A stretch of 64,000 nt of DNA from Candidatus Doudnabacteria bacterium (GTDB lineage Bacteria > Patescibacteriota > Doudnabacteria > UBA920): NCBI GenBank assembly GCA_038203095.1, contig JBBREH010000001.1:431-64430 (forward strand), written 5' to 3'. The translations under genes and the position numbers were made by a program. This document shows positions 57,355 to 64,000 of this stretch, piece after piece. The stretch's first letter is position 1; each line of letters begins with the position of its first letter. The notes under the pieces were generated by a model. The model saw only the letters and a program-made list of their open reading frames with translations. It did not search any database and was not told the DNA's origin.

Positions 57355-58889
57355 CTCACCGTACAGTAAAAAATTCCGTTTATTCTTTAATCGGTTTTAC
57401 TTGGCCGCTGCTTTTGTCATTCGTCGCCACGCCAATTATTGTTCGCGGCCTTGGCGTTTCCAGATTTGGTTTTTTTACTTTGCTCAATACCATGTTAATG
57501 CTTTTTGGTTTGTTGGATTTCGGCATTAGCTATACTTTAACTAAGCGGCTTTCGGAAAATAGGGAGCAGCCGGGCGGCCGCGAACTGTCTGAAATTTTTA
57601 GCTCCAGCCTAATTTTGTATGCCATTTTGGGAGCAGCGTCTATGTTTTTGTTAATGCTTCTGCCGGATGCTTTTCGCCATTTGTTTAAAATCCCGGAAGG
57701 TTTTATTTCATCTTACGGCCTGGCATTTTTTATTTTAGGCGCGGTATTTTTAATGAAAATGCTTGTTATCCCACTGTCCCAAATTCCTTACGCCTTGCAG
57801 CGCCAGGACATTACAACCAACATAAGCCTTATAAACAATGGATTACTGCAATTAGGCAGTATTTATGTAATTAAAACCGGCCACGGGGTTTTGGGCTTGC
57901 TGGTTGTACAGTTAATTTCAGCCGCTTTTTTACTTCTTAGTTTGTATTTAGTCTGGCATAGGCTGGCGCCAAACTTAAAATTTATATTTACTCTTCCCAA
58001 AGAAACCGTTAAGACTATTGGCCGCCAGGGCGCTTGGGTTTTTTTAAGCAATACCATGGGCAACATTTTGGCCCAGCTGGACAAATTTGTTTTGGGCGCA
58101 ATTTTGGGGCCCACAACAGTTGGCTATTACGGCAACTCTCAACTTATCCCTGAAAAAATTTCTGCCACCTCGTTTAGCCTATCGTATATTTTTTTCCCGA
58201 TATTTTCCGAAGCATCTGTCAACCAGCAAGAGGGGGAAAACAGGGTTAAGGTAATTTTTCGGCGCAGTCTGGGACTGATTCCTATTGTGACGGCCGCCCT
58301 GGCCGTCTTGGTTTTGGTTTACGGCTACCAATTGATGCATTTTTGGATTAATAAAGACGTGGCCGACCACACAGCGCTGGCCGTTCCGTTATTAACAATT
58401 ACTTATTTTTTGTTGTCCTTCGGTCATTTTTTTCATGCCTTTTTAAGCGGCCTAAAAGAGCTCAGACTTTTGGCATTAAGCTTTATGGTGGTGGCAGGCG
58501 TAGATGTGGTTTTTATGTTTATTCTTATTCCACACTACGCTGTTAACGGAGCCGCCTTTGCTTATTTGCTAAGCAGCCTGCCGGTCTTGCCGTTTATTTA
58601 TTATATAGAGCGGCGCTATTTTAAAAGCGCGCGCGGCGACATTTTGGCATTTTACGGCAAGCTCTTTGCAAAAATATTTTTGGTGGGCAGCATAACTTTT
58701 TTGGTTAGCTGGTTTGCCTTGCGCCCGTTCGTTAATAATCTGCCTTTGGCTATGTTATTGGGGGCTTTAAGTTTTGTCTTTTACTTTTTGGTTTACTGGC
58801 GGTTTGGTTTTTTTGCCCGGGAAGATGAGGCTTTGTTTAAAGTTTACCTTGCCCGTTTTCTAGTTTTTTTAAAATTAAAAGCTTTATAG
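57339..58889 (+). CDS. wzx: Wzx-like oligosaccharide flippase (polysaccharide biosynthesis protein, MOP superfamily)
   Basis: 516 aa with about 12-14 TM helices; N-terminal pattern typical of Wzx/RfbX. Confidence 0.7.
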   Translation: MADSLTHRTVKNSVYSLIGFTWPLLLSFVATPIIVRGLGVSRFGFFTLLNTMLMLFGLLDFGISYTLTKRLSENREQPGGRELSEIFSSSLILYAILGAASMFLLMLLPDAFRHLFKIPEGFISSYGLAFFILGAVFLMKMLVIPLSQIPYALQRQDITTNISLINNGLLQLGSIYVIKTGHGVLGLLVVQLISAAFLLLSLYLVWHRLAPNLKFIFTLPKETVKTIGRQGAWVFLSNTMGNILAQLDKFVLGAILGPTTVGYYGNSQLIPEKISATSFSLSYIFFPIFSEASVNQQEGENRVKVIFRRSLGLIPIVTAALAVLVLVYGYQLMHFWINKDVADHTALAVPLLTITYFLLSFGHFFHAFLSGLKELRLLALSFMVVAGVDVVFMFILIPHYAVNGAAFAYLLSSLPVLPFIYYIERRYFKSARGDILAFYGKLFAKIFLVGSITFLVSWFALRPFVNNLPLAMLLGALSFVFYFLVYWRFGFFAREDEALFKVYLARFLVFLKLKAL

Positions 58890-58957
58890 GCAATATTTTA
58901 TATGGTATTATTGTAGAGTGATTGGATTTTTTTTGAGTATTTGAAAATTTAAAATAT

Positions 58958-59587
58958 ATGAAAATATTAGAGGTTAAAAGCTTGAGCCTGTCTGATGTGA
59001 AGGTGTTTCGTTATGGGAAATTTTCGGACAGTCGTGGTTATTTTACTGAAACTTTTAGGAAAAGCGATGTTTTTAAAAATTCGGAACTGTCTTTTTTGCG
59101 AGATTTTGATTTTGTTCAGATTAATGAAAGTTTTGGAAATAAGGGTGTAATTAAGGGTTTGCATTTTCAGTGGGAGCCCGCATTGGGGAAACTCGTAAGA
59201 GTTGTAAGTGGACACATGCTTGATCTGGCTTTAGACATTCGTAAAAATTCACCAACTTACGGGAAAATTATTATTTATGATATGCCGGATAACGCGGGGG
59301 AAAATTATGGAGAATGGATTTGGTTGCCTCCTGGGTTTGCGCACGGCTGTTGTTTTTTAACAGATACGATAATGGAGTATTTTTTTACGGCTAACTGGAA
59401 TCCTGACACGGAAGCAGGTATTGCTCCCGTCTCCGATGGCCTTGACTGGTCTTTGTGCGAACCGGATTTAAAAACCAAGTTTAATTCAGTTCTCCAAACA
59501 GGGAGTATAGTGAGCGAAAGAGACAACAAAGGCCTGAGTTTAAAAGACTGGACGCTGGATTTAAGATCTAAAAATATTATTTATTAA
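58958..59587 (+). CDS. dTDP-4-dehydrorhamnose 3,5-epimerase-like cupin (RmlC family)
   Basis: Cupin fold with RmlC-like motifs (FTETFRK...GLHFQ...VRVVSGHMLDLALDIRKNSPTYG). Confidence 0.7.
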   Translation: MKILEVKSLSLSDVKVFRYGKFSDSRGYFTETFRKSDVFKNSELSFLRDFDFVQINESFGNKGVIKGLHFQWEPALGKLVRVVSGHMLDLALDIRKNSPTYGKIIIYDMPDNAGENYGEWIWLPPGFAHGCCFLTDTIMEYFFTANWNPDTEAGIAPVSDGLDWSLCEPDLKTKFNSVLQTGSIVSERDNKGLSLKDWTLDLRSKNIIY

Positions 59588-59590
59588 ACA

Positions 59591-60316
59591 ATGATTAAGG
59601 ATCAAAAAATATTATTTACTGGCGGGAGCGGGCTTTTGGGAGGTGAAGTGCAAAAGTTAATCCCTAAAGCTTTATTTCCGGATTCAAAAATTTTTAACCT
59701 TACTCAATACAAACAAATGGAAAGGTACGTGGCTAAGTATAAACCGGAGCTTATAATCCATGCCGCGGCTTTTACTTCGCCGCCAATTATAGAGAAAAAC
59801 GCGGAAAAGGCTTTGGATGTAAATATTCTAGGCACGGTAAATATTGTTAAGTTGTGTTTCAAGTTCGGAATTAGGTTGGTTTACGTTTGCACGGATTATG
59901 TTTTTAAAGGCGATAAGGGTAATTACAGGGAAGAAGATTCGGTATTGCCGGTTAATAAATACGCCTGGTCTAAACTGGGCGGGGAGTGCGCCGCCAGGCT
60001 TTTGGATGACTCTTTAATTTTAAGAATTTCTATGGGCGAAAAAATTTTCCCCTACCCGCAGGCTTTTGTTGACCATTTTACCAGTCGTGAAACCGCGGAC
60101 GTGATTGCAAAAAAAATTGTCAGGGTTTCAAAAGCCGGTTTAAGCGGTGTTCTGCATTTAGGCACTAAAAGGCGCTCGGTTTACGAATACGCTAAAACTA
60201 TAGGCGGCAAAGGGCCTATTGGAAAAATTTCCATTAAAGACGTCAATTTTACCGTCCCGCATGACACATCACTAAATACTGGCAAATATTTAAAATTGTT
60301 CGGCCGAAAATCATAA
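59591..60316 (+). CDS. RmlD-like NAD(P)-dependent sugar-nucleotide reductase
   Basis: ILFTGGSGLLGGEV Rossmann motif; short-chain RmlD-like length. Confidence 0.6.
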   Translation: MIKDQKILFTGGSGLLGGEVQKLIPKALFPDSKIFNLTQYKQMERYVAKYKPELIIHAAAFTSPPIIEKNAEKALDVNILGTVNIVKLCFKFGIRLVYVCTDYVFKGDKGNYREEDSVLPVNKYAWSKLGGECAARLLDDSLILRISMGEKIFPYPQAFVDHFTSRETADVIAKKIVRVSKAGLSGVLHLGTKRRSVYEYAKTIGGKGPIGKISIKDVNFTVPHDTSLNTGKYLKLFGRKS

Positions 60317-60330
60317 TTAATTAAAATTAT

Positions 60331-60780
60331 ATGATAGCAGACGTAGTTATTACCCCCTTAAAAAAAATTTGCGACGAGCGCGGCTCGGTTATGCATATGC
60401 TAAAAAGCACGGATTCGCATTTTAAAAAGTTCGGCGAAATTTATTTTTCCACCGTGTATCCGGGCATTATTAAGGCCTGGCATTTGCATAAAACTATGAC
60501 CTTAAATTATGCAGTCGTTACAGGCGAAATCAAATTAGTGTTGTTTGACCAAAGGCAGGGCTCGCCAACTAAAGGTCAGCTGCAGGAAATTTTTATTGGC
60601 GAAAAAAACTACTGTTTGGTAACCGTACCATGCGGGGTTGTGAATGGTTTTAAGGGCATTGGGCTTAAGGAAGCTATTGTTGCCAACTGTAGCACAGAGG
60701 CGCATGACCCCGATGAAATTGTAAGAATTGACCCCTTAAGTAACAACATTCCTTACATTTGGGGGATTAAACATGGATAG
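60331..60780 (+). CDS. WxcM/FdtA-like cupin (sugar-nucleotide isomerase-like)
   Basis: CDERGSVMHMLK...YFSTVYPGIIKAWHLHK motifs. Confidence 0.55.
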   Translation: MIADVVITPLKKICDERGSVMHMLKSTDSHFKKFGEIYFSTVYPGIIKAWHLHKTMTLNYAVVTGEIKLVLFDQRQGSPTKGQLQEIFIGEKNYCLVTVPCGVVNGFKGIGLKEAIVANCSTEAHDPDEIVRIDPLSNNIPYIWGIKHG

Positions 60781-61546
60781 TAAAATTTTAATTACCGGTT
60801 CCGGCGGTTTTTTGGGTAAAAATTTATACGGAATTTTGTCTAGAAAGGCCTTGGTTAAGGGAGTTGGCCGAAGCCCAGGATCTTGTGTAGATAAAATTGC
60901 TGATTTAAGCGACCGCACTCAATGCCTTGAGGTTTTAGGAGAGGTAAAGCCTTCTGTTATAATCCATTGCGCAGCTTTTAGTAATGTCGATGCGGCAGAA
61001 GCAGGCAAGGAAGAAGCAATGAAGAGCAATGTGGCATCAGTGGATAACCTGGCAGCTTGGGCTAAGCTTAACCAGGCGCGCTTTATTTTTATTTCTAGCG
61101 ATTACGTCTACGACGGAAAAAAAGGTAACTTTAACGAGGAAGATTCTATAAATCCGTTGCAGTACTATGGCCAAACTAAAGCCATTGGCGAAGAAATTGT
61201 TAGTAGTTTGCCGAATTTTGTGATTTTAAGGCCTACGGTAATTTATGGCTGGGACGAGGGCGGAAAGAATTTTTTTATGCAGCTTTACCGAAACATGCGC
61301 GGGCATAAGCCTATGGTGGTGCCGACGGACCAAATTAGCAACCCCACCTCAGTCGTGGACCTGAGTCTTTTAATTAGCCTGGCTGTTGACCGGCCGGCTG
61401 TTTCTGGCATTTTTGTTTCCACCGGCCCTGAGCCTATGTCGCGCTATGATTTTGCCTGCCGCACTTGTGAGTATTTTAGCTGGGACAAAAGCCTGTTAGT
61501 TCCCAAAACTACTGCAGAAATTGGCAGACTTGCCCCCGCCCATTAA
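60773..61546 (+). CDS. RmlD-like NAD(P)-dependent sugar-nucleotide reductase/epimerase
   Basis: ILITGSGGFLGKNL motif; SSDYVYDG motif. Confidence 0.6.
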   Translation: MDSKILITGSGGFLGKNLYGILSRKALVKGVGRSPGSCVDKIADLSDRTQCLEVLGEVKPSVIIHCAAFSNVDAAEAGKEEAMKSNVASVDNLAAWAKLNQARFIFISSDYVYDGKKGNFNEEDSINPLQYYGQTKAIGEEIVSSLPNFVILRPTVIYGWDEGGKNFFMQLYRNMRGHKPMVVPTDQISNPTSVVDLSLLISLAVDRPAVSGIFVSTGPEPMSRYDFACRTCEYFSWDKSLLVPKTTAEIGRLAPAH

Positions 61547-61643
61547 ATAACTCCACCAATTCGGCAAAAATTCAGCGTGCCTATGATTTTCGCTTCCGGA
61601 GTTTGGAGCAAAATTTGAGTGAAATTAAAGAGATTATGGTCAA

Positions 61644-62579
61644 ATGACTTTTACCATTGCTATCCCATCTTATAATAAAGAAAAATATATAGAGCGTTGC
61701 TTAAAAAGCGCGCTTAGTCAGTTGCCCTTTGAGGGGGAAATTTTATTGGTTGATAATTGTTCAACCGATAAAACTTTTGCAATAGCCAAGCAATTTGGGC
61801 CTGGTGTCCGCTGTGTGCAAAATAGCTCAAATTTAGGCATGGCGGGGAATTGGAATCGTTGCATTGAATTATGTCAAACAGACTTGCTCATGATTTTACA
61901 TGCCGACGATGAGTTGCTTTTGGGCGCTGTCCAAAACTATCTGGAATTTTTTCGGCAATATCCGGAGGCCGGACTGGTCCACGTCCATTTCTATAATATC
62001 AGAAATCAGGATCTTTCCACCAGGCAGCTTGTTAATTCCGGGCCGCGCGAGCTAAGCCCGGCGGGGTATAAGACCATGGAATTTTCGAACGGTTACCACT
62101 GTTCCACTGTGGTAGTGAAAAAATCAGCTTATATTGTTTTAGGAAATTTCATTGAGTCAATGGCGTCAGATCTGGAAATGTGGGTAAGAATAGCTTCCCG
62201 CTACAGTGTCGGCAATCTTGGCCTTCCGGCAGTCAATGTTTATTTGGACGACAATTCCACCGGTCGCATTGCTTTAAAAATTCGCAGCGTAAAAGAAATA
62301 GAGGCCGATTTACAAAATCTTAACCTGCATATAAACCGGCTTTATCCTGAAAGCCAGCAAAAACAGCGGCAAGCAGCATCTAAATTAGGCATGGCCGGCG
62401 CTTTGATGGTTGTGTGTACAACTAATATAAAATCAGGAAATTATCGGCAGGCTTCCGAAGCTTTATTAAAGATGTTATTTAAATATGGCGGATTTTCCGT
62501 AGCTATCAAAGCTGTGGGAAGCTACCTGAAATATCGGCTCAAGTTAATGCAGCTGGCTAAGGCTAAACCGCCAGCTTAA
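61644..62579 (+). CDS. GT2 glycosyltransferase
   Basis: FTIAIPSYNKEKYIERCL...LLVDNCSTD...HADDE motifs. Confidence 0.7.
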   Translation: MTFTIAIPSYNKEKYIERCLKSALSQLPFEGEILLVDNCSTDKTFAIAKQFGPGVRCVQNSSNLGMAGNWNRCIELCQTDLLMILHADDELLLGAVQNYLEFFRQYPEAGLVHVHFYNIRNQDLSTRQLVNSGPRELSPAGYKTMEFSNGYHCSTVVVKKSAYIVLGNFIESMASDLEMWVRIASRYSVGNLGLPAVNVYLDDNSTGRIALKIRSVKEIEADLQNLNLHINRLYPESQQKQRQAASKLGMAGALMVVCTTNIKSGNYRQASEALLKMLFKYGGFSVAIKAVGSYLKYRLKLMQLAKAKPPA

Positions 62580-62682
62580 TTTTAGCCTTTTGGCTTGTTT
62601 TGGCTTTTCATAGTAAAATAGTTAGTGAAAGGCCTAAATCACAAATTTTATTATTTATTTTTGACATTAAAGAGATAAACTT

Positions 62683-63477
62683 ATGAAAGTTGTAATTTTG
62701 TGCGGCGGGGAAGGTACCCGTATGAAAGAGGAGACAGAATTTAAGCCTAAGCCCCTGGTGGAAGTAGGCGGGTTGCCTATGCTTTGGCATATTATGAAAA
62801 TTTACAGCCATTACGGCTATAACGATTTTGTGCTGGCTTTGGGTTATAAGGGTAATATGATTAAGGATTATTTTTTGAACTGGCGTACGCATGTGAATGA
62901 TTTTACCTTGAAGACTAAAGCTCACGGGCTTGAAATCCACGGCCAAGGCCAGGGCGATATGAATATTACTTTTGTCGACACCGGACTAAAGGCTCTAACA
63001 GGGGAGCGCTTGCGCCGCGTGGCAAAATATATAGACACAGACCAGTTTATGCTTACTTACGGCGACGGCGTGGCCGACATTAATATAAAAGAGCTGGTAG
63101 CTTTTCATAATAAGCAGGGCACACTTGGCACTATTACAGGCGTCAGGCCTCTTACCAAGTTGGGAATAGTCCATCACGACAAACAAACGAACAAAGTTAT
63201 TGGCTTTAGCCAAAATTTAGTCGGTGAATATATAGACAAGCAGAACTACCATGATTTTTTAATTAACGGCGGGTTTATGGTGTTTAATAGGCAAGTTCTG
63301 GACAGGATACCCGAAAATAGTATGATAGAAGAAATATTCATTCCTATGACCAAGGAAGGTGAGTTGTCTCTTTATAACCACCCGGGTAAATGGAAAGCTA
63401 TGGATACTTACAAGGAAGTGGAAGAGTTAAATGAGTATTGGCAGAGCGATCCGTTTTGGAAAGTTTGGAAAGAATGA
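62683..63477 (+). CDS. rfbF: Glucose-1-phosphate cytidylyltransferase
   Basis: MKVVILCGGEGTRMKEETEFKPKPLVEVGG.PMLWHIMKIYSHYG matches RfbF. Confidence 0.85.
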   Translation: MKVVILCGGEGTRMKEETEFKPKPLVEVGGLPMLWHIMKIYSHYGYNDFVLALGYKGNMIKDYFLNWRTHVNDFTLKTKAHGLEIHGQGQGDMNITFVDTGLKALTGERLRRVAKYIDTDQFMLTYGDGVADINIKELVAFHNKQGTLGTITGVRPLTKLGIVHHDKQTNKVIGFSQNLVGEYIDKQNYHDFLINGGFMVFNRQVLDRIPENSMIEEIFIPMTKEGELSLYNHPGKWKAMDTYKEVEELNEYWQSDPFWKVWKE

Positions 63478-63581
63478 TCACAGATACACAGATAAAAGCA
63501 GATTACACAGATGCGATAATTTAACTACGACCGGATTTTATAAAAACCGTATTTATTGAGAAGTTTGTAATTTATTAAAAC

Positions 63582-64000
63582 ATGGATTCTACTTTAAATA
63601 ATAAAAATGTTCTGGTTACGGGCGGGGCAGGGCTGGTGGGCAGCCATTTGGTGGAAAAGCTTTTAGCTTTGGGAGCTAAGGTTTTTGTTTTGGATATTGT
63701 GGTGTTGCCCAAGTCTTATTTTGAAAGCCAAAAATTGGCAGAGCGAGTAAAATTACTAATGGTGGATTTGGCGGACTATGAAAAGGTTAAAGCAGTTGTC
63801 AACCAAAACAATATAGAATACATTTTTCATTTGGGCGCGCAGGCTTTGGTGGGTGAGGCTTTTATAAATCCGCGCCGGACTTTTGAAAGCAATGTGATGG
63901 GCACGGTGAATATTTTGGAAGCGGCCAGGCAAACATCAGCGGTTAAAGCCATTTTGGTGGCTTCCAGCGACAAAGCCTACGGCAAAGACTGCGTAAATGT
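63582..64000 (+). CDS. rfbG: CDP-glucose 4,6-dehydratase (5' part; continues past the window end)
   Basis: VLVTGGAGLVGSHLVEKL...FHLGAQALVGEAF...NVMGTVNILEA motifs; follows rfbF. Confidence 0.7.
   Translation, partial: MDSTLNNKNVLVTGGAGLVGSHLVEKLLALGAKVFVLDIVVLPKSYFESQKLAERVKLLMVDLADYEKVKAVVNQNNIEYIFHLGAQALVGEAFINPRRTFESNVMGTVNILEAARQTSAVKAILVASSDKAYGKDCVN

Noticed and set aside
62608-62946. 112-aa minus-strand ORF overlapping the rfbF start
   Set aside because: Overlaps a strongly supported CDS and the upstream spacer; no RBS or family signal.

Overview
This 64-kb window comes from a low-GC bacterial genome with small genes and short intergenic spacers. Standard genetic code; gene content is compatible with a reduced-genome, possibly CPR/Patescibacteria-like organism (inference).

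Housekeeping and metabolic genes:
- rsh (RelA/SpoT), fpg, groES-groEL, rpmF, nusB, hupB (HU), metK preceded by a SAM-I-clan riboswitch, an SPFH protein, glpX, class I fructose-bisphosphate aldolase, a LOG-family protein and a transaldolase.
- tRNA-Gly(TCC) and tRNA-Pro(TGG).

Cell-surface genes (14.1-16.3 kb and 30-38.4 kb):
- Two very large secreted repeat proteins.
- Two tandem O-antigen-ligase(Wzy_C)+TPR paralogs immediately downstream of the larger one.

Glycan-biosynthesis cluster (42.9 kb to the window end):
- GT4, gmd, fcl, a GT11 alpha-1,2-fucosyltransferase, several NAD-dependent epimerases, GT2s, a Wzx flippase, RmlC/RmlD-like enzymes, a WxcM-like cupin, rfbF and a partial rfbG.
- gmd carries a ~345-aa LAGLIDADG-type intein.

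Observations worth a second look:
- Several families of short palindromic repeat elements occur in intergenic DNA and also as in-frame insertions inside conserved genes (glpX, transaldolase, a GT2, a polytopic membrane protein), reminiscent of Rickettsia palindromic elements.
- Two ~450-bp cassettes each carry a four-helix-bundle (23S-rRNA-IVS-type) protein gene flanked by near-perfect inverted repeats and sit precisely in intergenic spacers.
- An IS200/RAYT-like HUH-Y1 transposase is flanked by identical palindromic hairpins next to tRNA-Pro.
- Decayed copies of the metK 3' end and glpX 5' end lie together in one spacer.
- A partial duplicate of the tRNA-Gly 3' end bounds a 2.1-kb segment.

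No CRISPR array and no rRNA genes were seen.
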